Shown: one piece after another, positions 23,051-36,295 of the stretch | Position numbering within the stretch: position 1 is the first letter of the stretch | Layout: every line of letters starts with the position of its first letter | Assembly: GCA_002104905.1 (NCBI GenBank) | Contig: MCFE01000611.1 | Span: 1 to 53,036 of the forward strand | Direction of reading: 5' to 3' | Source: Basidiobolus meristosporus CBS 931.73 | Lineage: Eukaryota > Fungi > Basidiobolomycota | Length of the DNA: 53,036 bases | Notes under the pieces: generated by a model | Told to the model about the DNA's origin: nothing | Seen by the model: the letters and a program-made list of their open reading frames with translations, nothing else | Database searches by the model: none | Translations under genes and position numbers: made by a program

Positions 23051-26000
23051 GTTCTACTAAATGAGACTTGTCATCCATGATCTAGGTCCAAGTGATCAAA
23101 GTTGAGATCCAAGACCTGAGTCCAGGTGCTGAAAGTTGAGATCTAAGACCTGGCCCCAGGTGCTGAAAGTTGAGATCTAGGACCTGGGTCCAGGTTCTGC
23201 AGGATGAGATCTAGGACCTGTGTCCAGGTGCTGAAAGCTGAGATCTAGGACCTGGGTCCAGGTGCTGGTGGATGAGATATAGGACTTGTGTACAGGTGCT
23301 GAAGGTTGAGATCAACAACCTGGGTCCAGGTGCTGAAGGATGAGATCTAGGACCTGTGTCCAGGTACTGAAGGTTGAGATCAACAACCTGGGTCCAGGTG
23401 CTGAAGCTTGAGATCTAGGACATGGCCCCAGGTGCTGAAGCTTGAGATCTAGGACATGGCCCCAGGTGCTGAAGAACAAAAGCCATAATCTGGATCCGGG
23501 TGCCAAAGGATGTGTTTAAGGTCCTGGGTGCAGGTGGCAAAAGTTGAAATATAAGACCTGGGACCAGGTGTTGAAGGACTAGACCTGGAACCTAGGTCCA
23601 GCATCTGGGTCCAGGTGCTGAAGGATAAGATCTAGGACCTGTGTCCAGGTGTTGTAGGATGAGATCTAGGACCTGTGTCCAGGTGCTGAAGGATGAGATC
23701 TAGGACATGTGCCCAGGTGCTGAAAGTTGAGATCTAAGACCTGGGTCCAGGTGATGAAGGATAAGGGCCATGATGAAGGATGATATCTAGTACCTGTGTC
23801 CAGATGCTGAAGCCTGAGACTTAGGACCTGGATCCAGGTGCTCAAAGTAGAGTTCTACAACCTTAAGCTGAAGAATGAGATCTAGGACCTGGGCCCAGGT
23901 GCTGAAATTTGAGATATAGGACCTGGGTGCAGGTGATGAAGGACAAGGTCCATGACCTGGATCCAGGTGCTGAAGGATGAGATCTAGGTCCTGGGCACAG
24001 GTGCTGAACAATAAGAATAATGACCTGGGTCTAAGTGCTGAAAGTGGAGATCCATGACCTGGGTCCAGGTGCTGAAAGTGGATATCCATGAACTGGATCC
24101 TGGTGCTGAAGGTTGAGATCTAGGTCCTGGGTCCTGGTGTTGAAGGAAGTAATTTGAGACCTGGGCCCAGCTGCTGAAGGATAAAATCCATGACTTGGGT
24201 CCAAGTACTGAAGGTTGAGATCTAGGACCTGGATCCTGGTGCTGAAGGTTGAGATCTACAACCTGCATCTTGGTAACCCAGACCTTTGTCCAAATTCTTA
24301 AATTTGAGATTTAGGGACTGGGTCCAGATGCTGATGGTGGACATTTTGGACATTGCTCAAAAAAATGAAGAGTTTCATCCACAACCTAGGTCTGGGAGAT
24401 AAGGGAAGAGACATGGGCTCCAGATGCCAGAGGTTGTCATGTCACATATTGCTCTACTAAATGAGACTTGTCATCCATGATATAGGTCCAAGTGATTGAA
24501 GTTGAGATCCAAGGCCTGAGTCCAGGTGCTGAAAGTTGAGATCTAGGACCTGGCCCCAGGTGCTGAAAGTTCAGATCTAGGACCTGGCCCCAGGTGCTGA
24601 AAGTTGAGATCTAGGACCTGGCCCCAGGTGCTGAAAGTTGAGATCTAGGACCTGGGTCCAGGTGCTGAAAGTTGAGATCTAGGACCTGGGTCCAGGTGCT
24701 GAAAGTTGAGATCTAGGACCTGGGTCCAGGTACTGCAGGATGAGATCTAGGACCTGTGTCCAGGTGTTGAAAGCTGAGATCTAGGACCTGGGTCCAGGTG
24801 CTGACAGATGAGATATAGGACTTGTGTACAGGTGCTGAAGGTTGAGATCAACAACCTGGGTCCAGGTACTGAAAGTTGAGATCTAGGACCTGGTTCCAGG
24901 TGCTGAAAGTTGAGATCTAGGACTTTGGCCCAGGTGCTGAAAGTTGCAATCTAGGACCTGGGTCCAGGTGCTGCAGGATGAGATCTAGGACCTGTGTCCC
25001 GGTGCTGAAAGCTGAGATCTAGGACCTGGGTCCAGGTGTTGCAGGATGAGATCCATCAGGTGGGTCCAAGTGCTGAAGCTTGAGATCTAGGACCTAGGTT
25101 CAGGTGCTGAAAATTGAGGTCTAGGACCTGGGTCCAGGTGCTGAAGGATGAGATATAAAACTTGTGTACAGGTGCTGAAGGTTGAGATCAACAACCTGTG
25201 TCCAGGTGCTGAAGGTTGAGATCAACAACCTGGGTCCAGGTGCTGAAGCTTGAGATCTAGGATCTGGGCCCAGGTGCTGAAGAACAAAAGCCATAATCTG
25301 GATCCAGGTGCTGAAGGATAAGATCTAGGACCTGTATCCAGGTGCTGAAGGATGAGATCTAGGACCTATGTCCAGGTGCTGAAGGAAGAGATCTAGGACC
25401 TGTGTCCAGGTGCTGAAAGTTGAGATCTAAGACCTGGGTCCAGGTGATGAAGGATAAGAGCCATGATGAAGGATGATATATAGGACCTGTGTCCAGATGC
25501 TGAAGACTGAGATTTAGGACCTGGATCCAGGTGCTCAAAGTAGAGTTCTACAACCTTAAGCTGAAGAATGAGATCTAGGACCTGGGCCCAGGTGCTGAAA
25601 TTTGAGATATAGGACCTGGGTGCAGGTGATGAAGGACAAGGTCCATGACCTGGATCCAGGTGCTGAAGGATGAGATCTAGGTCCTGGCCACAGGTGCTGA
25701 ACAATAAGAATAATGACCTGGGGCCAGGTGCTGAAGAATGAGATCCATGACATAGGTCCAGGTGCTGCAACTTGAGATCTTGGACCTAGGTCCAGGTGTT
25801 GAAGGATAAGGGCAATGACCTGGGACCAGGTGCTGAAGGATAAGACATAGGATCTGGGTCCAGGTGCTGAAAGTGAAGATCCATGGCCTGGTTCCAGGTG
25901 CTGAAAGTGGAGATCCATGACCTGGATCCAGGTGCTAAAGGATGAGATCCAGGTCCTGGGCATAGGTGCTGAACAATAAGAATAATGACCTGGGAGCAGG

Positions 26001-28090
26001 TGATGCCGCTTGAGATCTTGGACCTAGGTCCAGGTGTTGAAGGATAAGAGCAATGACCTGGGACCAGGTGCTGAAGGATAAGACCTATGACCTGGGTCCA
26101 GGTGCTGAAAGTGGTGATCCAGGACCTGGATCCAGGTGCTCAAGGTTGAGATCAAAAACCTAGGTCCAGGTGCTGAAGGATGAGACCCAGGACCTAGGTC
26201 CAAGTGCTGAAGGATGAGAATTAGGATCTAGGTCCAAGTGCTGAAGGATGGGACCTAGGATCTAGGTCCAGGTGCTTAAAGTTGAGATCTAGGACCTGGG
26301 TCCAGGTGCTGAAGGTTGAGATCTACAACCTGGGTCTTGGTAACCAGGACCTTTATTCAAGTGCTTATATATGAGATCTAGGGCATGGGTCCAGGTGCTG
26401 AAGGATAAGAGCCATGGCTTGGGACCAGGTGCTGAAGGATGAGACCTAGGATCTGGGTCCAAGTGCTGAAAGTTGAGATCAAGGACCTAGGTCCAGGTGC
26501 TGAGGGATAACAGATGTGACCTGGGACCAGGTGCTGAAGGATGAGACCTAGGACCTAGGCCAAGGTGCTGAAGGAAAAGATCCATGATGTGAGCCCAGGT
26601 GCTGAAGCTTCAGATCTTAGACCTAGGTCCAGGTGCTGAAGGATAAGAGCCATGACTTGGGACCTGGTGCTGAATGATTAGACCTAGCACCTTGGACCAG
26701 GTGCTCAAAGTTGGGATCTAGGTCATGGGTCCAGGTGTTGAAGGAAGTGATCTAAGACCTGGGTCAAGGTGCTCAAGGATAAGATCCATGATGTGGGTCC
26801 AGGTACTAAAAGTTGAGATCTAGGACCTGAATCCAGGTGCTGAAGGTTGAGATCTACAACCTAGGTCCAGGTGCTGAAGGATGAGACCTAGGACCTAGGT
26901 CCAGGTGCTTAAAGTTGAGATCTAGGACCTGGATCCAGGTGCTCAAGGTTGAGATCAACAACCTAGGTCCAGGTGCTGAAGGATGAGACCCAGGACCTAG
27001 GTCCAAGTGCTGAAGGATGAGAATTAGGATCTAGGTCCAAGTGCTGAAGGATGGGACCTAGGATCTAGGTCCAGGTGCTTAAAGTTGAGATCTAGGACCT
27101 GGGTCCAGGTGCTGAAGGTTGAGATCTACAACCTGGGTCTTGGTAACCAGGACCTTTGTTCAAGTGCTTATATATGAGATCTAGGGCATGGGTCCAGGTG
27201 CTGAAGGATAAGAGCCATGGCTTGGGACCAGGTGCTGAAGGATGAGACCTAGGATCTGGGTCCAAGTGCTGAAAGTTGAGATCAAGGACCTAGGTCCATG
27301 TGCTGAAGGATAACAGATGTGACCTGGGACTAGGTGCTGAAGGATGAGACCTAGGCCCTGGGTCAAGGTGCTGAAGGAAAAGATCCATGATGTGAGTGCA
27401 GGGGCTGAAGGATAAGAGCCATGGTTTGGGACCTGGTGTTGAATGATAAGACCTAGCACCTTAGTCCAGGTGCTCAAAGTTGGGATCTAGGTCATGGGTC
27501 CAGGTGTTGAAGGAAGTGATCTAAGACCTGGGTCAAGGTGCTCAAGGATAAGATACATGATGTGGGTCCAGGTACTAAAAGCTGAGATATAGGACCTGGA
27601 TCCTGGTGCTGAAGGTTGAAATCTACAAAGTGGGTCTTGGTAACCCAGACCTTTGTCCAAGTACTTAAATATGAGATAGAGGACCTGGGTCCAGGTGCTG
27701 ATGATGGACTTTTTGAACATTGCTTAAAAAATCAGGAGTTTCATCCACAACCTAGGTGTAGGAGATAAGTGAAGATGTTTAGAATCTGGGCACCAGATGC
27801 CTGAGGTTGTCTCCAGATGCCAGAGGTTGTCATGTCACATATTGCTCTACTAAATGAGATTGTCATTCATGATCAAGATCCTGGTGATCAAAGTTGAGAT
27901 TCAAGACCCAAGTCCAGGTGCTGTTGCTTAAGATCCAGGATGTGGGTCTAGGTGCGGAAGGATGAGATCCAGGTCCTGTGTCCAGGTGCTGAAAGGTGAG
28001 ATCTAGGACTTGGGTCCTGGTGCTGAAAGGTGAGATCTAGGACCTGGATCCAGGTGCTGAAGGATAAGAGCCAATACTTAGGACCTGGGT
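23050..28090 (+). repeat. Homogeneous 34-bp tandem satellite
   Basis: Unit CCAGGTGCTGAAAGTTGAGATCTAGGACCTGGGT, near-perfect runs (e.g. 24530-24730), with internal block duplications. Confidence 0.97.
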
Positions 28091-31000
28091 CCAGGTGCTG
28101 AAGCCTGAGACTTAGGAACTAGAGCCAGTTGTTGATTGCAAATTTGATATTACTCTATTAATTCCAATACAACATCAAGGACCTGGGTTTAGGGGATAAA
28201 GGCTGGGATTTAGGACCTAGAGCCAGGTGCTGACTGCATGTTAGATATAACTCTATTAATTGAGAAGTGTTCTTCAGGAACAAGGTTCAGGTGAATAAAG
28301 TTGAAAACTGGGACCTGGGTCCACGTACTGAAGGCCAAGATTTAGGATCTGGGGCCAGGTGCTGATTGCATGTTTGATATTGCTTTATTAATTCTAGTAT
28401 TACATCCAGGAACCGGGTCCAGGTGCTGAAGGCTGAGATTTAGGGCCTAAAGCCAGATGCTGACTGCCTGTTAGATAATACTCTAGTAATTCCAATATGA
28501 CATCAAGGATCTGAGTCTACGTGCTGATGGCTGAGATTTAGGGGCTAGAGCTAGGTGCTGATTGCAGATTGATATTACTCTACTAATTAAGAATTGTTAA
28601 TCAGGACCATGGTTCAGGTGAATATGTTTAAGGCCAGGACCTGGTTCCAGGTATTGAAAACTGAGATTTAGGACCTAGAGTCTGGTACTGATTGCATATT
28701 GGTTATCACTCTCTTAATTCCAATATGACATCCAGAACCTGGGATAGGTGCTTAAAGCTGAGTTTAGGTGCTGTAGGCTGTGACTTATGACTTAGAGCTA
28801 GGTGCTGATTGCATGTTAGATATTACCCTAGTAATTCCAATATGACATCCAGGACCTGGGTCCAGGCGCTGAAGATTGAGATTAAGGACCTAGAGCCAGG
28901 TACTAATTGCATGTTGAATATTGCACTATTAATTCCAATATGACATCAAGGACCTGGGTCCAGGTGCTAAAGGCTGAGACTTAGGACCTAGAGCCAGGTG
29001 CAGATTTCATGTTGGTTATTACTCTATTTATTCCAGTATGACATCCAGGTACTGGGTCCAGGTGATTAAAGCTGAGATTTAGGACCCAGAGGCCAATGCT
29101 GATTGCTTATTGAATATCACTCTATTAGTTCTGATATGATATCCAGGATCTGGGTCCAGGTGCTTGAAACTGAGATATAGGGCCCAGAGCCAGGTGTTGA
29201 TTCCATGTTTGTTAAATACTTGATTAATTCCAGCATGTCATCCAGGACCTTGGTCTAGGTGCTGAAGGCTAAGAATTAGGACTTGGAGCCAGGTGCCAAT
29301 TTCATGTTTGATATTACTATATTTATTCCTGTGTGACATCCAGGACCTGGATCCAGGTGCTTAAAGCTGTGTATTAGGACCTAGAGCCTGGTGCTGATTG
29401 CATGCTTGATATTACTCTATTAATTACAGTATGACATCTAGGACCTGGGCCCAGATGCCTTAAGCTGAGATTTAAGGACCCAGAGCCAGGTGCCGATTAA
29501 ATGTTGCATATCACTCTATTGATTCCAATATGACATCCAAGACCTGGGTCCAGGTGCTGAAAGCATAGATCAAGGACCTAGAGCCAGGTGAGGATTTCAT
29601 GTTGGTTATTACTCTATTGATTCCAGTATGACATCCAGGACCTTGGTCCAGGTGATAAAGGCTGAGACTTAGGACCTAGAGCCAGGTGCTGCTTGCGTGT
29701 TTGATATTACACTGTTGATTCTAGTATTACATCTAGGACCTGGGTCCAGGTTCTGAAGGTCAAGATTTAAAACCTAGAGCCAGGTGCTGATTGCATGCTT
29801 GATATTATTCTTTTAATTCCAGTATGACATCCAGGACCTGGTTCCAGGTGCTGAAGGTGGAGATTTAGGATATAGAGTCAGGTGAGGATTTCATGTTGGT
29901 TATTACACTATTAATTCCAGTATGGCATTCAGGACCTGGGTCAAGGTGCTTAAAGCTGAGATTGAGGACCTAGAGCCAGATGCTGATTGCTTGTTGAATA
30001 TCACTCTATTAATTCCAATATGATATCCAGTACCTGGTTCCAGGTGCTTAAAGCTGAGATTTAGGGCCCAGAGCCAGGTGTTGATTTCATGTTTGTTTTT
30101 ACTCTATTGATTCTAGCATGACATCCAAGACCTTGGTCTAGGTGCTGAAGGCTGAGATATAGGACCTGGAGCTAGATGTGGATTTTGTGTTTGTTATTAC
30201 TCTATTAATTCCAATATGTCATACAGGACCTTGGTCTAGGGGCTGAAGACTATTATTTAGGACCTGGAGCCAGGTGCATATTTCATGTTTGTTATTACTC
30301 TGCTTATTCCAATATGACATCCTGGACCTGGGTTTAGGTGCTTAAAGCTAAAATTTAGGACTTGGAGCCAGGTGCCAATTTCATTTTAGATATTACTAAA
30401 TTAATTACAGTATGACATCTAGGACCTGGCCCCAGGTGCTGGAAGCTGAGATTTAGGAAACAGAGCTGGGAGCTGATTAAATGTTGCACATCACTCTATT
30501 AATTCCAATATGACATCCTGGACCTGGGTCCAGGTGCTTAAAGCTGAGTATTAGGACCTAGAGCCAGGTGCTGATTGCATGTTTGATATTACTCTATCAA
30601 TTACAGTATGATATCTAGGACCTGGGCCCAGATGCCTTGAGCTGAGATTTGCGACCCAGAACCAGGTGCTGACTTTATGGTTGTTATTACTCTATTAACT
30701 CCAGTGTGTCATCTATGACCTGGGCCCAGGTGCTGAAAGCTGACACTTAGGACCTAGAGCCAGGTGTTGATTGCATGTTTGATATTACACTTTTGATTCC
30801 AGTTTTACATCCAGGACCTGGGTCCAGGTTCTGAAGGTCAAGATTTGGGACCTAGAGCCAGGTGCTGATTGCATGTTTGATATTATTCTATTAATTCCAG
30901 TATGACATCCAGGACCTGCTTCCAGGTGCTGAAGGTGGAGATTTAGGATGTAGTGTCAGGTGAGGATTTTATGCTGGTTATTACACTATTAATTCCAGTA

Positions 31001-32810
31001 TGGCATTCAGGACCTGGGTCAAGGTGCTTAAAGCTGAGATTGAGGACCTAGAGCCAGATGCTGATTGCTTGTTGAATATCACTCTATTAATTCCAATATG
31101 ATATCCAGTACCTGGTTCCAGGTGCTTAAAGCTGAGATTTAGGGCCCAGAGCCAGGTGTTGATTTCATGTTTGTTTTTACTCTATTGATTCTAGCATGAC
31201 ATCCAAGACCTTGGTCTAGGTGATGAAGGCTGAGATATAGGACCTGGAGCTAGATGTGGATTTTGTGTTTGTTATTACTCTATTAATTCCAATATGTCAT
31301 ACAGGACCTTGGTCTAGGGGCTGAAGACTATTATTTAGGACCTGGAGCCAGGTGCATATTTCATGTTTGTTATTACTCTGCTTATTCCAATATGACATCC
31401 TGGACCTGGGTTTAGGTGCTTAAAGCTCAAATTTAGGACTTGGAGCCAGGTGCCATATTTCATTTTAGATATTACTAAATTAATTACAGTATGACATCTA
31501 GGACCTGGCCCCAGGTGCTGGAAGCTGAGATTTAGGAAACAGAGCTGGGAGCTGATTAAATGTTGCATATCACTCTATTAATTCCAATATGACATCCTGG
31601 ACCTGGGTCCAGGTGCTTAAAGCTGAGTATTAGGACCTAGAGCCAGGTGCTGATTGCATGTTTGATATTACTCTATCAATTACAGTATGATATCTAGGAC
31701 CTGGGCCAGCTGCCTTGAGCTGAGATATGGCACTCAGAACCAGGTGCTGACTTTATGATTGTTATTACTCTATTAACTCCAGTATGTCATCTATGACCTG
31801 GGCCCAAGTGCTGAAAGCTGAGACTTAGGACCTAGAGCCAGGTGCTGATTGCCTGTTTGATATTACACTGTTGATTCCAGTATTGCATCCAGGACCTGGG
31901 TCCAGGTTCTGAAGGTTAAGATTTGGGACCTAGGGCCAGGTGCTGATTGCATGTCTGATATTACTCTATTAATTCCAGTATGACATTCAGGACCTGGTTC
32001 CTGGTGCTGAAGGTGGAGATTTAGGACATAGAGCCTGGTGAGGATTTCATGCTGGTTATTACTCTATTAATGCCGGTATGATATTCAGGATTTGGGTCCA
32101 GGTGCTTAAAGCTCAGATTTAGAACCTAGAGTCAGATGTTGATTGCTAGTTGAATATCACTCTATTAGTTCCAATATGATAACCAGGACCTGGGTCCAGG
32201 TGCTTGAAGCTGAGATTTAGGGCCCAGAGCCAGGTGTTGATTTCATGTTTGTTTTTACTTTATTAATACCAGTATGTCATCAAGGACCTTGGTCCAGGTG
32301 CTGAGGACTAATAATTAGGATCTGGAGCCAGGTGCAGATTTCATGTTTGTTAATACTCTGTCTAATCCAATATGACATCCTGGACCTGGGTTTAGGTGCT
32401 TAAAGCTGAGATTTAGCACCTGCAGCCAGGTGCCAATTTTATGTTTGATAATTCTATACTTATTCCTGTATGACATCCAGGACCTGTGTCCAGGTGCTGA
32501 AAGCTGAGATCAAGGACCTAGAGCCAGGTGAGGACTTCATGTTGTTTATTACTTTATTAACTCCAGTACAACATCTAGGACCTTGGTCTAGGTGATAAAG
32601 GCTGAGACTCAGGACCTAGAGCCAGGTGCTGATTGCATGTTTGATATTACTCTGTTAATTCCAGTATCACATCTAGGACCTGGGTCCAGGTTCTGAAGGT
32701 TGGGATTTAGGACCTAGAGACAGGTGCCAATTCCATGTTTGATATCAATCTATTAATTCCATTATTACTTCCAGGACCTGGGTGCAAGTTCTGATGGTTG
32801 AGATTTAGAA
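28091..32810 (+). repeat. 98-bp tandem satellite (34+64), about 48 units, with a 1078-bp higher-order repeat
   Basis: Unit spacing is 98 bp. The marker GGTTCTGAAGG recurs at 29751, 30829, 31907 (+1078 each) and 32691 (+784). Confidence 0.95.
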
Positions 32811-35223
32811 CCTGCGTCCTGGTATTGAAAGATGAGCTTTTGGATAAAGCTCAATGAAATGAGGGATGTCATACAGGACACTGGACCAGTTTGTGAGGGC
32901 AAAGAGCTAGGGCCTTGTTCAAGGGAATGAGAGTCAAGAAACAGAATTTGGGTTCTAGTTGTTAGATGTTTTACTGTTAGATATTGCTCAATTCAATCAG
33001 TCCTGGTATCCAGGATTGTTATCCCAGTGCTGAAAGTTGAGATTTATGACCAAGGTCCAGATGCCAGAAGTTTACATATTGGACACTGAGCAGGGTGATG
33101 AAGTGTGTTATCCACAAGCTTAATGTACGTACTCAGGGTAGCTATTGAGAACCTGGCTCAAGCTACCAAATGTTTTCATGTTGGATATTACTCTATTAAT
33201 CTAAACTAGATATCCATGGCATTGGTCCAAGTGCTAAAAGTTGAAATCTAGGACCTGGGTCCAGGTGCTGCAAGTTGAACTTCTGGATATTGCTCAATAA
33301 GATGAGGGTTGCTTTCCAGGACCTTGGACCAGGTGATGAGGGCAAAGTACTAGGGCTTGGTTCAAGGGGAAGAAACTTCAGATGCAGGACCTGGCTCTAG
33401 ATGACAGAAGTTTTAATGGTATATATTGCTCAATTTAATGAGTCCTGAAATCCAGGACTTGTGTTAAAGTGCTCAAAGCTGAGATTTAGGACCTATGTCC
33501 AGGTGCTGAAAGTTGATGTTTTGGACATTGCTCAAGGTAGTGAGTTAGGACCTAGGTCCAGGTGCAGAAAGTTTTATCTCTTGGATATTGCTCTGCAAAA
33601 TTAGGATTGTCATCCAGAAGCTTGGTCAAGGTGATGAGTGCAAAGAACAAGGAACTGGCCCAGGTGATGAGGGCAAATAACTAGAGCCTGGTTCAAGGTG
33701 GTGAAAGTTGGGATATAGGACCAGCTCTTAAGCTGGAAAGCTTGTAATATTAGATATTGTTCAGTATAACGCAATTTGATGTTTAGGATGTGGGTATGAG
33801 AATGCAAGCTACTTTGAAATCTTGAATATTGCTCAAGAACATGAGGTGCGTTATCTATGACTTGGGTCCTGGTGATAGTACAAAAATTGACAACCAGATC
33901 AAGGATTTTAAAGGCGGGATGTAGGGCCTGGGCTCAAGCCACAAAAAGTTGTAGTGTTGGATATTACCTCATTTAGTAGAATTTAATATCCAGGATCTGA
34001 GAAATATAATGCTAGCTAAGATTCAAAACCTGAGTCAATGTACTAAAAGTATAGATCCAGGAAATTGGGGGCAGATGCAGGATGGTGAGAACTAGGACCT
34101 GGATCCAGGTGCCTAAGGTTGAGATCTAGGATCAGGTTCTAGGTGCTGAGAAGTGCAATCTAGGACCTGTGTCCAGCAGCTGAAAGTTGATATTTGGCAT
34201 ATTGCTTGTTGATATTAGAGTTGTTATCTAGGACCAGGGTCAAGTTGCTGAATGTTGATATCAAGAAACTGTGTATAGGCAATAGTAGCTAAAATCTTGA
34301 ACCTAGGTCCAGGAGATGAAACCTAAGATATAGAACCCAGGCTCAAGATGCCAAAAGTTGTATTGTTGTATATGACTCAAGTTGATGGAATTCAATACTA
34401 GGTCCTAAGAATAGTAATGCAAGTTGAGGTTAATGACCAGAGTCCAGGTCCTGAAAGTCAGAATGTAGGATATTGCTCAAGGAAATGTGGGGTATCATCC
34501 AGGGCTTGGGTTAATGTGATAAGGGTCAAGATCTAGAACCTGGATTTAGGTAATTTAAGCTGAGATATATGACCTGGGCTCAAGGTGCCACTACGTGAAG
34601 TTAAATATTGTTCAATTTAAATCAGAGTTCATATCCAGTACTTGGGCATGGTAATTCAAGCTAAGATATGAAGACTTGGGCCACAATTGATGAAAGGTTA
34701 GATGTTGGACCTGCGTCCAGGTGCTGAAAGTTGAAATATTGGACATTGATTAAGGGAATGAGGAGTGTCATCCAGGACTCAGGTCTACAAAATCAGATCA
34801 TATATCTAAAACCTGGATCTAGGTTATCAAAGCTGAGATGTAGAACCTGGGCTCAAGGTTCCTGAAGTTTTAATGTTAGGTATTGCTTAATTCTAAGAGA
34901 TTTAATATTAAGGATCTGGGCTTGAAAATACAAGCTAAGATTCAGCACCTAGGCTCAATGGACTAGAGTCAAGATTTAGGACCTGGGTCCAAGTGCTGAA
35001 AGTTGAAATTCTGTATATTGCTCAAGGATACAAGGGGTGTGATCAAGGACTTGGGTCTGGTAACCAGGGTTGATATCTAGAACCAGGATCAAGGCTATTA
35101 GAGCAGAGATGTAGGACCTTAGCTCAAGATGAAACAGTTGTATTGTTGGATATTGCCTCATATAAAGATATTCAATATCCAGGAGCTGGGCAAAATAATG
35201 CAAGCTAGTAGCACAGGGCCCGG

Positions 35224-36295
35224 TGTGGTGGTGTATAAGTCCAAGGGAGAGATACGTCCAACACTTCTCAAGTGTTTTGTGTGTGGGGTGTTCACTGGGT
35301 GCGATAACCTCTGGCAAAAGCTTGCTAGGAATACTTGGGTTCTGTCTCTAATCTAATGTGAAGGGGAATAAAGCCACAAGCTTGTCAAGGGAAAACTATT
35401 GAGCTACAATCCCCAACTTAGTTGGCGTCTTAACAAAAGTATGTGCTGGGTTCAGCGTCCTTTGAGATGACAATGTACTAAAGCTTCCAAAGTCAAAACA
35501 ACTGTAAACTCCACCAGCAGGGACTTGATAAGAATGCAGCTTTGGTCAATAGTTACAAAGACAGAAAAGTATCTTTGCCTGTACAAGAACAAACTTGGGA
35601 AAGAATCAAATATAATAAAAGATACCTACTCTGAGTATTCCTCACAAGTAGTGCCTCCAAGGTCAGTTGGCTGTCAGCGCGGTTTCCTGGGAGTGTCCTG
35701 TGGTCTAGGGTTGGAAGTTCAGGTAGCAGCAGGTAGCAGTGATCACACTAATCAACAAGTCGGTATATTGATAAAAGGGATGATGATTTATTGTTGAGGG
35801 ATAGCCTCCCTTATATACTTTTCTTCACTGGCTAAGTGATTACTAATCATGGTGTTCCAGAAGGTTCCGGAGTTCAATAGAAATCTTAATGACATCAGAA
35901 TGACCTAAGAATGTTCTAAGTAGGTGCCGGAAGGTTCTAAGAGGCACAGCACATCCAACCAATCAGGAATCAGTATTCTGAAACCTGTGTAACATGGGGA
36001 TACCATATATGGTATGGAAATGGTAGGGATGGTGACACGGGTTGATCATGTGTCACGGGTACTGGCGCGGGTACTTGCCTAATATAGAAGCACTTGTAAC
36101 TAGTAATCTTACATAAAGTGAGGGGTAACTTATGCAATAAGGTAAGCAGGTGTGATAGTCAACCGGCTTATGGGATAGTACTGATTGGGTAAGACAAATG
36201 GGATAAAACTAAAATGAGTGTAGTAGGGATATAGGGAAGTAGAAAATAAGGGAATGAGCACATCTGTTAGTGGGTGTCACTGTCACCCCACTACA
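35224..36295 (-). mobile_element. Solo LTR, family C (1072 bp)
   Basis: TGTGGTGG...CCACTACA termini and 4-bp TSD CCGG. Removing it restores a satellite unit. Orientation is inferred from homology to element B. Confidence 0.88.

Noticed and set aside
23312-27720. 60-135 aa ORFs rich in QHLDPGPRS motifs (also 44728-49695)
   Set aside because: These are translations of the 34-mer. The consensus has a TAG that hits each frame every three units, so ORFs open only where TAG mutated to TGG.
28091-32810. CRISPR-like look of conserved 34-bp units alternating with variable AT-rich segments
   Set aside because: The intervening segments are homologous to each other rather than unique spacers, there are no cas genes, and the context is eukaryotic TE DNA.
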